From: Poseidonia sp.
GTDB taxonomy: Archaea; Thermoplasmatota; Poseidoniia; Poseidoniales; Poseidoniaceae
NCBI GenBank assembly: GCA_016779705.1
Contig: JADHNB010000002.1
Span: 1,017-65,016, forward strand
DNA length: 64,000 nucleotides
Direction: 5' to 3'
The position numbers were made by a program, and so were the translations under genes. Positions 1 through 9,800 of the stretch are shown piece after piece; the first letter of the stretch is position 1; every line of letters begins with the position of its first letter. The notes below the pieces were generated by a model. The model had not been told where the DNA came from. It made no database searches and saw only the letters and a list, made by a program, of their open reading frames with translations.

Positions 1-1144
1 TGGCCAACATGCGGTTCAACGCCAGGAGGGAGCCTTCCTGGACCGAAGGAGGCACCACGATTTGGTTGGGCACTTCGCCGTCCACCAGGCGCTCCAAGAC
101 GTCCATGAGATACGCAGGGTGAATCATGTACATGGTGGAACACGGGCAAATTTCCTCGTCCAAGCACTCGATGTGCTTGTCAGGATGTTCCTGAGCTAAG
201 CGAGCGACCATGTTGATCTCGGTGCCGATGGCCACCTCGGCCCCCGCTGGCAATTGCTCAACGTATTGACGAATGAATTGGGTTGAACCGTAGGCATCGG
301 CTCGTTCAACCGTTGCCTTCGGGCATTCGGGATGGACGACGACCACCCCCTCGGGATGGGCTGAACGGAAGTCCTCGATCTGCTGAGGCGTGAAACGCTT
401 GTGGACCGAGCAAAAACCGTGCCACAACACGATGCGAGCTCCCTTGAGCTCCCCCATCGCACCGATGCCTGGCGTCCAGGTTGGCATCTTTTCCTCCGTG
501 ATGCCCATGGCAAGACCGGTGTTTCGGCCGAGGTGTTGGTCGGGAAAGAACAGCACGGCACCGTTCGGCCCGGCGCGGTCAAACGCCCACTGCAAGACAC
601 CAACAGCGTTGGACGACGTGCACACCACGCCGCCGTGGCGGCCGACAAAATCCTTGAGGTCGGCGCTTGAATTCATGTAGGTCACCGGGACGAGGTAAGC
701 TGCCCCGTCTTCAGCGGGAGCGTCCGGATCGTGTCGCGAGATGGGGTCACTCAATCCCGAGGTCTTCAGGATTTCTTCCCAGGCCACCTCAACCTCGTTC
801 AAGGTGGCCATGTCAGCCATCGAACATCCAGCACGCAGGTTGGGCAAAATGACCGATTGGGCGTCGGAAGTCAGAATATCAGCGGATTCGGCCATGAAAT
901 GAACGCCGCAAAACACGATGTACTTGGCAGGCGATTGGGCGGCCTTTTGACTGAGCATGAAGGAATCGCCCAAAAAATCCGCATGCATGACGATGCTGTC
1001 ACGTTGATAGTGGTGGCCGAGGATCAACAAATCGTCACCGAGCATGGCCTTGAGCTCTTGAATGCGGTCGGCAATCGCTTGTTCCTCAACGGACAGCGAC
1101 GTGTCCATGAAGTTCACCGAGCACATGGGGAGGGTCACGCTCAT
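1..1144 (-). CDS. nadA: Quinolinate synthase NadA, C-terminally truncated by the left window edge (absent from the supplied ORF track)
   Basis: My own reverse-strand translation from the ATG at 1144..1142 stays open to position 1: MSVTLPMCSVNFMDTSLSVEEQAIADRIQELKAMLGDDLLILGHHYQRD..YIVFCGVHFMAESADIL..LPNLRAGCSMAD..VTYMNSSADLK..VVVVHPECPKATV..EICPCSTMYMI. The blocks VHFMAE, CSMA, Y-N-S, HPEC and C-x-C-x-x-M are the NadA signature, including the Fe-S cysteines. Confidence 0.85.
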   Translation of the reverse strand, partial: MSVTLPMCSVNFMDTSLSVEEQAIADRIQELKAMLGDDLLILGHHYQRDSIVMHADFLGDSFMLSQKAAQSPAKYIVFCGVHFMAESADILTSDAQSVILPNLRAGCSMADMATLNEVEVAWEEILKTSGLSDPISRHDPDAPAEDGAAYLVPVTYMNSSADLKDFVGRHGGVVCTSSNAVGVLQWAFDRAGPNGAVLFFPDQHLGRNTGLAMGITEEKMPTWTPGIGAMGELKGARIVLWHGFCSVHKRFTPQQIEDFRSAHPEGVVVVHPECPKATVERADAYGSTQFIRQYVEQLPAGAEVAIGTEINMVARLAQEHPDKHIECLDEEICPCSTMYMIHPAYLMDVLERLVDGEVPNQIVVPPSVQEGSLLALNRMLA

Positions 1145-1187
1145 GGGGCTCAAACAACCCACGCCTCAACCCTTTTTGAATGAACGG

Positions 1188-1910
1188 ATGGGACTCAATC
1201 TTCAAAAATCAAAGGACGGTCGGCAGGGCATGGTCTTCAAGCCCACCGAACGCCTTCACCTGGGGGCCGAGGCCGAGGTTTGGCTGGGAGAATGGTTCGG
1301 CCAACCGGCGGTGCGAAAGCAACGACGACCACGCTCGTGGCGACATCCCGACCTTGACCACCGACTGGGCGTTCGGCGAATGATCAGCGAAGCCCGCCTG
1401 CTGGTTCGAACACGCAAGGCCGGGCTTTCGGTGCCCGCCGTGTGGGACCTAGATTACGACGGCGGCCAACTCATCATCGAGCACCTCGCAGGAACGCCGC
1501 TCATCGATGTGCTCAACCATCCCCAAGCCAACGAAGTCGCCATCAAGGCCACCCTCCAGCGCGTTGGAGCGTGCGTGCGGCGTCTGCACCGAGAGGCCAC
1601 CACCCACGGCGACCTCTCGACCAACAACCTGCTCGTTGACGGTGAAACGATTCACCTGATCGACTTCGGCTTGGCCTCCATCGAATACGACGTCGAAAAA
1701 TTCGGGATTGACCTTCACGTCCTCGATGAAATTCTGGGAGCGTCCCACCCCGATTGGCCCGACGCCATCGATTGGGCGATTGAGGGCTACCTCGTCGAGG
1801 AGGAACGCTTGGGTCCCGCCCCCGTTTTGCAGGGCGGTGCTGTCCCTTCGGCCTCCGAAGTCATTGTCCGATTGGAAGAGGTCCGAACCCGAGTTCGATA
1901 TCACGGTTGA
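1188..1910 (+). CDS. bud32: Bud32/PRPK-type small atypical protein kinase (KEOPS subunit)
   Basis: Frame of track ORF 1062..1910. The first ATG that does not overlap nadA is 1188 (alternative ATG at 1230, MVFKPTERL). Kinase motifs: GAEAEVW, catalytic loop HGDLSTNNLLV, and IHLIDFGLA (DFG). The size of about 230-240 aa is typical of stand-alone archaeal Bud32. Confidence 0.75.
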   Translation: MGLNLQKSKDGRQGMVFKPTERLHLGAEAEVWLGEWFGQPAVRKQRRPRSWRHPDLDHRLGVRRMISEARLLVRTRKAGLSVPAVWDLDYDGGQLIIEHLAGTPLIDVLNHPQANEVAIKATLQRVGACVRRLHREATTHGDLSTNNLLVDGETIHLIDFGLASIEYDVEKFGIDLHVLDEILGASHPDWPDAIDWAIEGYLVEEERLGPAPVLQGGAVPSASEVIVRLEEVRTRVRYHG

Positions 1911-3982
1911 TACGACGAACGGCGTTCGCTTTGCCGCTGCCACATGTGCCAGGCAACCACCACGAACGCCAGAAGAACACCCGCCTGAAGGATGAAACTG
2001 GAATACGCCCGGAGCTCTGGCTCCCATGAATGCACTTCAATGGTGCGAACATCGTCCTCAAGTTGGAAATAGACCAGGTGATTTTCGAGCACCTGCGGCC
2101 CCCATTGGTCGTTGATGTCGGAGGTGAGGACGTGGGTGGTGTTTGAGGCGAGGTCCGTGAAGTAGATTTCGCGGTCCATGTACTTCGTTTGGGGCGAGAG
2201 AGGATTGAGGTGGTCACGCACCGACCACGCCAACAAACCGTGATTGATGGAGGGGTCCGAGGCCTGGTACTTCGGGTTGCTGGCCAACCACTGCTCCGCC
2301 GATGAACGGTTGTAAAGCACCAGCCGGTCAGTGGCGCTGACGTTGACCGTCGCGGCCAGGTATTCACGGTCAAAGGCGATGCTCTGAACGGTGGCGTTCT
2401 CCATGTCCACGGGCGTCCCCCACAGGGCCAGCACGGCGTCCTCCTCGAGGGGAGCCGAAGCGTTGATGTCGTAGGTCACCTGACCTGAAACGCCCAACTG
2501 AACCAGGTTGACTTGAAGGGGAGCCGTCTGAACGACGTAAGCGATTTCAGACCCGCTGCAGACGAGGTTCGACACGTTGGAAGCGCTGCTATGAGCGCCG
2601 GAGATGGCTTGGCCGTCCAAGGTTCGCACCAAGATTTCACCAGCCTGTGTGTACACGACCACCGGAGTGGGGGCGGTTCCACACAAGGCAAGGTGCCGGG
2701 CTTCGCCGACCGGGAACGAGGACAACGGTGAGTCGGGCTCATGCAAATCGTACACGTGCATCGTTTCGGCGTTGCTCACCACCATGCGGTCGCCCAACAC
2801 GGCGTAGGAGGAATTCACCGTGAGATTGGGAACGCTGAAGTAAATCGGGTCGGCACCCAACATCGACAAATCGTGAAGCAACAGCGCTGCTCCCTCGGAT
2901 TGATTGTCAAGCGTCACCATCCAACCATCGATGGCAGCGGCCGCCTCGGGAGCCTCCACCCCCCCTGCTGGCAGGGAACGGTTGGTGAGATCAAAGGTGA
3001 CCACGGCGGCGACCAGGATGAGAATGGCCACCGCAATTCGGCCCGTTTCGTGGCTGGTGGGCGAACGGTACTGCTTGAACAGGGAAACCGCCTTCCGCCT
3101 GACCCAACGCCAGGCTTTCTCGGGACGAGTGAGCACCGTCACAATGCGGGCATTCATGGTGCGTTCGTCGAAAAATTTCCACCAGGTGTTGGAGGTTCGG
3201 TCCGCCATGGAAACGGCCGCTCCAGCCACCAACATGCCGCCGATGATGTCCATGAACCAATGGATTCCGAGGTAGATGATGGTGAAGGCCGTGAGCGCCG
3301 TGTAGGCAAAAACGGTGTAGCGGTATCGATTCCACCGACGGTCATCGTCAAACCGAGTTAAGCACAACCACACGGCAAACGGGATGCCAATGTGGAGCGA
3401 TGGCATGCCGTTCGTGAAGGGGTCAATACGACGGAACCAATCGGCAATTTCGGGCGTGAGGGTGTAGGCCAAGGTCTGCATTTCAGGAATGGTATCGCCG
3501 GTCACACGGACGTTGAAAAACAGGTAGAAGGGGACCGCCAAGACGTACACCCAGGCAATGGAAAGCGTCACCCGGTCGGCCAGCCAACGGTCGTCAAAGT
3601 AGGCGAAGTAAAACACGGAAACGTAGCAGATGAACATGAAACCGGCGACGTAAAAGTGGGTGAGGAACGTGGTCAGCCAAGCGGCTTCAAACGTTTGCTG
3701 AACCCAAAGCACAAGGTTGCCTTCAATGGCCCAAATGTAGGGCGTCATGTCCAGTCCCGTGCTGGCCATCAAGACGCGGTCGATTTGATCGAGGCCGTCC
3801 TTGAGGTTGTAAATGGTGAACACGATGAGGAGGTGAACCCAATACCGCCGAAAGAAATCGACGAACGGGGGCAAGGAAAGCCGAGCCCAGGGCGGCTTAA
3901 ACACGGGAAGGAGGATGACACCCAACGCCAAGGCGCTGATCATCCACGTGAGGTAAACGCTTTGCACCAAGGCCCTCTCCAA
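1901..3982 (-). CDS. Polytopic membrane protein: PAP2_3/Aur1-like lipid phosphotransferase domain fused to a beta-propeller-like ectodomain and a C-terminal TM anchor
   Basis: 693 aa. The first ~270 aa carry many TM helices with PAP2 C2/C3-like motifs (GMPSLHIG, then GIHWFMDIIGG = HxxxD). Residues ~330-650 are beta-rich repeats (e.g. DREIYFTDLASNTTHVLTSD..NHLVYF). The last helix is ILQAGVLLAFVVVAW. Confidence 0.6.
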   Translation of the reverse strand: MERALVQSVYLTWMISALALGVILLPVFKPPWARLSLPPFVDFFRRYWVHLLIVFTIYNLKDGLDQIDRVLMASTGLDMTPYIWAIEGNLVLWVQQTFEAAWLTTFLTHFYVAGFMFICYVSVFYFAYFDDRWLADRVTLSIAWVYVLAVPFYLFFNVRVTGDTIPEMQTLAYTLTPEIADWFRRIDPFTNGMPSLHIGIPFAVWLCLTRFDDDRRWNRYRYTVFAYTALTAFTIIYLGIHWFMDIIGGMLVAGAAVSMADRTSNTWWKFFDERTMNARIVTVLTRPEKAWRWVRRKAVSLFKQYRSPTSHETGRIAVAILILVAAVVTFDLTNRSLPAGGVEAPEAAAAIDGWMVTLDNQSEGAALLLHDLSMLGADPIYFSVPNLTVNSSYAVLGDRMVVSNAETMHVYDLHEPDSPLSSFPVGEARHLALCGTAPTPVVVYTQAGEILVRTLDGQAISGAHSSASNVSNLVCSGSEIAYVVQTAPLQVNLVQLGVSGQVTYDINASAPLEEDAVLALWGTPVDMENATVQSIAFDREYLAATVNVSATDRLVLYNRSSAEQWLASNPKYQASDPSINHGLLAWSVRDHLNPLSPQTKYMDREIYFTDLASNTTHVLTSDINDQWGPQVLENHLVYFQLEDDVRTIEVHSWEPELRAYSSFILQAGVLLAFVVVAWHMWQRQSERRSSYQP

Positions 3983-4047
3983 TCGGTTGGCGTGGGCGGG
4001 TGTTCATGAAAGCGTCGTCATCTGGAGCCCCCCCGGGCGGTTCTTGC

Positions 4048-4401
4048 CTACCAAGCGCCGTGGACGTAGGGCTTGCCTCGGTCCGGGTCGCGCCGCAGGG
4101 CAAGGTCATGAAGCCGTTCAAACCGGTAAATCCCGCTCGAACATCCTTGCAACCACTCGAAAGAGATGGCATATTTGCCAACCGTTCTCACGGTTGGCTT
4201 TTCGGCCGGAAGCGCTTCGATTTGCCGACGAAGCGTACGGCTGGTGTCGTCTTCGTTGCGCATCGGGGCGCATTTCGCGCAAGGACAAGCGTGGCGAAGG
4301 TCATCGTAGGTGACGGTGTAGGTGTTGCCGTCGTCGTAAGTCAACACCATGTCTTGGGTGCGGCGTTCCAGTTTTTTGAGCGTGGGGAGGGGTTCAGCCA
4401 T
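4048..4401 (-). CDS. DUF971 (gamma-butyrobetaine hydroxylase-like N-terminal) domain protein
   Basis: 117 aa with LRHACPCAKC and VGKYAISFEW..GCSSGIYRFERLHDL, matching the DUF971 pattern (LR..CPCA.C ... G.YA..I.F.DGH..GIY). It lies 9 nt downstream of the mrp homologue. Confidence 0.7.
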   Translation of the reverse strand: MAEPLPTLKKLERRTQDMVLTYDDGNTYTVTYDDLRHACPCAKCAPMRNEDDTSRTLRRQIEALPAEKPTVRTVGKYAISFEWLQGCSSGIYRFERLHDLALRRDPDRGKPYVHGAW

Positions 4402-4410
4402 GGGGCCACC

Positions 4411-5424
4411 TCACACAATTTCCAAGCCGCTGTCGGACCCGTCCGAAAGTTGAGCTTGAATCGCCGCCACCACGTTGGCAAAGGCATGGGCTGAGGGACC
4501 GTCGGGTTCGGAAACGATTCGGTGAACGCCGTCATCACCGCCACGGACGAACCCGGGATCAAACGGGAGCGCTCCAAGGAAGGGGACGCCGAATTCATCG
4601 GCGGTGGCTTGGCCACCTCCCTGCTTGAAAATGTCGAGCGTCACGGAGAATCGGCCCTCGCTATCGGCCGTCGCCGAGAGGGTTTTCCCGCCCGGTCCAG
4701 CAATGGTGAGCGACGTCCCTGGCTCAGCGGTACCGTTGACGGTGAAACCGCTCATGTTTTCCACCACGCCCAAAACCGGCACTTTGAGCGATTCGGAGAA
4801 GGTGATGGATTTCCGACTGTCAAGCAACGCCACCTGTTGGGGCGTGGTCACGATGACCATGCCGTCAATGTCTGGCAAGGATTGAGCCACCGTCAACGGT
4901 TCATCGGACGTGCCGGGCGGGAAATCAATGATGAGGAATTCCAATTCACCCCATTCGACATCGCCAATGAACTGTTGAATCGCTCCCAACTTGATCGGCC
5001 CTCGCCACACCACCGGCGTGTCTTCGTCCTCGAGAAGGAAGGCCATGCTGATGACCTTGACGCCCAGATGACCCTCAGCAGGATGAATTCGCTTGTTTTC
5101 AACGTGCAAGCGCCGTCCGTCCAGACCCATCATCTTGGGAACGTTGGGGCCCGTGATGTCGATGTCGAGAATACCAACACGGTGGCCTTGTTGCGCCAGG
5201 GACAGGGCCAAGCCGGTGGACACCGTTGATTTGCCAACCCCGCCTTTGCCCGACAAGACCATGATCTTGTGTTTGATTTTGCGACCAATTTCCTCCATCG
5301 CCATCTTTCGCTTCATTTGGGCGTAGGCCTGCTCCATTTGCTTCTGCTCTTGGGGCGTCGGCTCATTGCTCGCAGGCGTTGACGGTCCGCCAGGGCTGTT
5401 GATGGTGACCGGAGAATCCGCCAT
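4411..5424 (-). CDS. mrp: Mrp/NBP35/ApbC-family P-loop ATPase, cysteine-free variant
   Basis: Deviant Walker A VLSGKGGVGKSTV, then DIDITGPN, FLIIDFPPGTSDE and GVVENMSGF. I place the start at ATG 5424 (MADSPVT); the track start at 5469 is a TTG. The product contains no cysteine, and the position of the family CxxC motif is occupied by a ~40-aa insert. Confidence 0.8.
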   Translation of the reverse strand: MADSPVTINSPGGPSTPASNEPTPQEQKQMEQAYAQMKRKMAMEEIGRKIKHKIMVLSGKGGVGKSTVSTGLALSLAQQGHRVGILDIDITGPNVPKMMGLDGRRLHVENKRIHPAEGHLGVKVISMAFLLEDEDTPVVWRGPIKLGAIQQFIGDVEWGELEFLIIDFPPGTSDEPLTVAQSLPDIDGMVIVTTPQQVALLDSRKSITFSESLKVPVLGVVENMSGFTVNGTAEPGTSLTIAGPGGKTLSATADSEGRFSVTLDIFKQGGGQATADEFGVPFLGALPFDPGFVRGGDDGVHRIVSEPDGPSAHAFANVVAAIQAQLSDGSDSGLEIV

Positions 5425-5465
5425 GCCTTTACCACCGTGCAGGCCTACTTCAACCCACCCACGGG

Positions 5466-5837
5466 TCAAGCATCCACGAGCAAAGCGAGCCTTCGGTCAA
5501 GCGCCGCATGAACCGCAACCGTCAACACGAACACCGTGCTCACCGGTAGCCACGACCACGCCATACCCCCGTACGCCCATCCCAAGCCGAGGGCGAGCGG
5601 TAAGGCGACAACCGAAGCCTGCCGGTTGAGCTGCCGCCGCTTCGTGCGGTCCGATTCGGACGCCAGAATCACGGTCAACGGGCCGAAACAAACGATCTGT
5701 GCGCTGATGGACAACGCCACCAACGAGAACGCAAGGTCCCAATCCAGAACGGCAAAGACGATGTGGAGGGCAAAAAGAACCCCGACGAGGCCTGCATTTA
5801 CCATCAACGCCGGTCGCACACGCTGCCCACACAACAA
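5466..5837 (-). CDS. Small integral membrane protein (hypothetical)
   Basis: 123 aa with about 4 hydrophobic helices. Its stop abuts the mrp upstream region on the same strand (operon position). No recognisable motif. Confidence 0.45.
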   Translation of the reverse strand: MLCGQRVRPALMVNAGLVGVLFALHIVFAVLDWDLAFSLVALSISAQIVCFGPLTVILASESDRTKRRQLNRQASVVALPLALGLGWAYGGMAWSWLPVSTVFVLTVAVHAALDRRLALLVDA

Positions 5838-5904
5838 ACCTATGTGAAGTCACTCAATGAACTACGGAGAAAGGGTTCAAATCTCCTAAGCGACAGGTCA
5901 TTTC

Positions 5905-6276
5905 GTGAAAGTCCTGTTCGTCTGTGTTGGGAACTCGTGCCGGTCGCAAATGGCCGAAGGGTTGGCTCGAGCCATGGGCTTGGAAGCGGCCTCTGCCGGC
6001 ACCCACCCCGCCGACAAGGTGGCCCCTCACGCACTCACCGTCCTCCACGAACGAGGCATCAACACGGAAGGAATGCAACCCCAAAGTTTGGACGAATTCC
6101 AACCTGAACACTACGACAAGGTGATTTCGATGGGGTGCGGCGTGCATTGCCCAGCGATCAAAATTGACGACGATTGGGGGCTGGAGGACCCCGTCGGCCA
6201 AGCCTACGAAGTCTATGAGCGAACGGCGGCGGAGATCGAGCGGCGTCTGAAGTCGCTCATCCGTCACGAGGCTTGA
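5905..6276 (+). CDS. arsC: Low-molecular-weight phosphatase family protein (ArsC-type arsenate reductase / LMW-PTP)
   Basis: GTG start. N-terminal P-loop MKVLFVCVGNSCRSQMAEG (CX5R-S). Downstream Cys pair MGCGVHCP, similar to thioredoxin-coupled ArsC. Confidence 0.75.
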   Translation: MKVLFVCVGNSCRSQMAEGLARAMGLEAASAGTHPADKVAPHALTVLHERGINTEGMQPQSLDEFQPEHYDKVISMGCGVHCPAIKIDDDWGLEDPVGQAYEVYERTAAEIERRLKSLIRHEA

Positions 6277-6584
6277 GGTTCGGGCACCTCGCCTTCGCCC
6301 GTCAAATCGATTTTCAACACGCTGATGGTGCGAACGCCGTCCTCTCCGGGTACGTCCTCCGAACCGCATTCAAGGTGGTCAATGTTCACCGATTCAGGAA
6401 GTCCTTGAGCGATGTGACCGCTGCGCCTGCGGCACACTTCAGCCACGTCCACGGCGCGAGAGATGGTGGCTCCACGGGCCACCAATTGAACGGAGCGGTC
6501 GCCTTCTTCCATGGCCATCACCACCGCTCGTACGTAGGCGTGTAAGGGCTTTTTTCCAACATAGATGATGCGACGGTCCGTCAT
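6264..6584 (-). CDS. albA: Alba chromatin/RNA-binding protein
   Basis: MTDRRIIYVGKKPLHAYVRAVVMAMEEG..VQLVARGATISRAVDVAEV matches the Alba core. I chose the start at ATG 6584 (the track start at 6614 adds 10 aa). There is an acidic C-terminal extension. The 3' end overlaps arsC by 13 nt (convergent). Confidence 0.8.
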   Translation of the reverse strand: MTDRRIIYVGKKPLHAYVRAVVMAMEEGDRSVQLVARGATISRAVDVAEVCRRRSGHIAQGLPESVNIDHLECGSEDVPGEDGVRTISVLKIDLTGEGEVPEPQAS

Positions 6585-6663
6585 GGGGCTCCCGTACCAA
6601 GGGACCGCTGACATCCCTTATATTTTCACGAAAAGAACGTGCCAAAATGGCGAGCAGTGACCC

Positions 6664-6669
6664 AAAAAG
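6664..6669 (-). terminator. Oligo-T tract immediately 3' of tRNA-Gly
   Basis: On the minus strand the tRNA is followed directly by CTTTTTGGG. Oligo-T runs are the usual archaeal termination signal. Confidence 0.45.
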
Positions 6670-6741
6670 TGCGAGCGCCGGGACTCGAACCCGGGTTCAG
6701 GCGTTGGCAACGCCCGGTGATAACCACTACACTACGCTCGC
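6670..6741 (-). tRNA. tRNA-Gly (anticodon GCC), 72 nt, CCA not encoded
   Basis: The reverse complement folds by hand into a cloverleaf. Acceptor GCGAGCG/CGCTCGC plus discriminator A. D arm GTGT-AGTGGTTA-TCAC. Anticodon stem GGGCG/CGCCT with loop TTGCCAA (U33, GCC at 34-36, A37). T arm CCGGG-TTCGAGT-CCCGG. Confidence 0.9.
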
Positions 6742-6766
6742 TTGCGACTCTCGCACCGAGCAGGGG

Positions 6767-6772
6767 TTTAAA
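6767..6772 (-). promoter_or_regulatory. TATA-box-like element (TTTAAA) for tRNA-Gly
   Basis: TTTAAA is centred about 28 nt upstream of the tRNA 5' end (6741). This is the expected spacing for an archaeal TATA box. Confidence 0.5.
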
Positions 6773-6856
6773 CGATTGTCGGCTGGTTCCTTCGGGATAC
6801 GACAGCGAGCAAGCGAGGCGTGCGCTGAAATTGTGGCTGCAACGGTGTGGACGACG

Positions 6857-9800
6857 CTACTGCATGCCGAATCGATCGTGGCCATCACCACCGCCTTCTT
6901 GACGCCGCCACATGATGGCCAAGACCACCAAGGCCCCCACCACCAGCACCGCCCCCAGCACCGTGTACAGCCAGCCACCAGGTGAGGTGGGTGTTTCACC
7001 GCCCTCGTCTTCCGCCACCAGCACGATGGCGGCTGAAGCGCTGTTCATTTCACCAAACACGTCAAAACTGCGCACGGTGACTTCGTGGGTGCCCAACGGG
7101 GTTCCTTCTCGCACCGAAAGGAGAACCGAATAGCGGCCGTCACCCGCCTCGGCGTCGCCTCCCGACTGGCCGTCATCGTGCATCGTGACCCAGGAGGTCT
7201 GACCCACCGGCGCATACACGCCGAGGCTGATTTGGACGCGTTCAATGCCGTCCGGGTCGTTCACCTCCACCGTGTAAACGATGGGTTCATCCAGCGACTT
7301 GGCGACCGTGGTCGGTGTCGTGGTGATCGTAGGGCGGTCGTTCAACACGCGCACAACGATGGGTTCCAATGAGGCGACGTTGACATGATGTGGACCAAGG
7401 ACCGGGTCACCGATGTCGCCTTGAGCAACGATGTAGGTTTGGAAGGTGTTGGACGCTCCCAGCGTATCCTCGACCACCAAGGTGAGCGCTTGGTCTCCAG
7501 GAGACACACCGCTGGGCAGCGCCACCATGGCAGCCCACACGCCGTCGGTGAGGGTCAGGTTCACCATCTCTCCGCCGAAGGAGCGTAGATCAAGGCGAAC
7601 GCTTTCCACGCCGTGGCCGTCGTACACCCGTGCGTTCACGACCAAGGATTGTCCTCGCTCGAGTTCCCCCGGTGCCAATTCAACCCACAACAATCGAGGC
7701 CCTTGGTTAAGGATCGTGACCGCCCCCTCCTGTTGTGAAGTGACGCCAAAGCTGTCCGTTGAGGTCACCGTCACGGGGAAGGCCCCAACCTCCAGGCCCG
7801 TGACGACCACCGTCGTGGAATAGACATCATCGCCCACCGATTGGTCACCGTCCAAACCTCGGTCGTTGAGAACGAGTTGGCCCGCACCAAAGGAGGAGGC
7901 ATCAACCAAGACCTCCACCACGTTCCATTCAGCATCGCTGACCGTGACCTCAAGATGAGCAACGCTCCCTCCCTCGCCGACCACGACCCCTTCGCGCAGT
8001 TCGATGGTTCCGATGTTCGGCGCCGTGTTGTTGTCAGCGCTGACGATTTCGGGTGACAAGACCCGTTCGAGATGCTGAGTTTCACGAAGCATCACCGTTT
8101 CGTTGCTGGAACCAAACGGAAGCGAAACGTTTCGCTCAACCCCCGACAACAAACCCGATAGCGGGCCGACCGAAACCAAGGTCCCCGATGCGGATCCGGC
8201 TTCTCCGGTGCCGCCATAGACGCCGTTCCAAGCGATGACGGCGAGGTTGTGGCCGTCCCGTGTTTCCGTGAGGCGTTCACCGGCGTAGATGGTGAGGGAC
8301 AACCCTTCCTGGTCGTTCAAACGCAAGCGGTCGTTGGTCGCCAAAGGTATGGGCATCAATCCAGTTTCTCGCCCCACGGTCACGTCGCCGAGGCCTTCTT
8401 CGGAAACGGGTGCCGTGGCGTTTTGCTGAATCGGGCTCCGCTCAGGAAATTCTTCACCCTCCGAAGCGTCGGGCCCCGTTTCCCGCCAAACCAGACGCAC
8501 CGTCCGGTTGTCCCAGTCGGCGTTCACTGCCTGATAGTCCCAGGTCTGATTGTGGGTGGCACCAAGGCCGGCCCCTCCAAAGAAATTCCCGCCGTTGATT
8601 CCGGTGAGGTTGAACCAGGATTCTTGGAAGATGACGTTGACCAAGAAGGCCTCTCCCGTGGCGTTGGTTTGCATGCCGGTCGTCTCAATGCCCCTGACCA
8701 CGCCGAAGGAACCTTGCACGTCGCCCGTGAGGACGCCGTCGACATGGAGATCATCGATGGTGGTCACCCCGTCCTCGACTTTGGTGTGGAGGTCCAGGAT
8801 CGTGCCGTTGACTTGCAGGGAAGCGTTCTCGTCCTGGTCGGAAAACCCGAACGTCCCCGTCCCGTACAATTCCTCGAGTTGCTCGGTTCGCACCCCGTTT
8901 TCCCACCGGTCAAGCGAAGAAAACCCGTCCAAGGAAACATCGAGACGGGTGCCGTCGTCGACCAAAACGAAGTCCGCCATGGCTTCGAATTGGGTATGTT
9001 GAAGCACACGGACGCCTCCAGAATCAACGTACTCAAAGAAGAACACCGAAAGCTCACCGTCGATGGCAAGGGAGTTGTTGTCGTCACTTTCCTCGGTGAC
9101 GTTGAGCGACCCCGTGGCTTCCAGCAACAAGCGTTCGCCGATCAACCCCTCGGCAAACGAGCGATTGAGGACGGCTTGAGAGACATCGGCCTGAATCACC
9201 GTTTCGGTCTGTCCGTCCACCAAGACGGTTTCGAGGGAACCAAAACCGCGAGCGTCAAACACCTGATGCGTCAAAATGCCCGCGACGATGGTCTCGTTTT
9301 TCCACACTTGCGTGAGCACCAACGCCAGGTCGGTTTGCCCGTCCGTCGTGCTCTCCAAGGTCTCGAAGGTGCCGTTGCCCAGTTCCGATGAGTGGAGAAC
9401 ATCGCCCACCCGTTCCTGCCACCCTTGGCCGGTAAACGCCAACGCAAAGCGTTGAGGGCCCGTGATGTTGTCATAGGCCTGTTCGAGGGACCATGCGGTG
9501 GAGAGCAGCACTTCGTGGTCCGCCATGGGCTGATTCCACTGCCCGACGAGGAGATGACGTTCAGCCTCAACGTCCACGGGAACGCCGTCGTGTTGGGTGA
9601 CCGAGACCACGACATCAATTTCGTCACCCCACTGAAGCGAGGTGTTGAACGTCACCAGCGCTGTGCGAACTCCACCGGTGCTGCCCCATTCAAGCGAATG
9701 GCTCGCCGACAGGGCTGACCCGTTTCGACGGTGGTCCAAGAGAACATCAACACCGTAGGTCCCGTTGTCACCAAACGTCAACAGGTAGGCGTGGGCGTTC

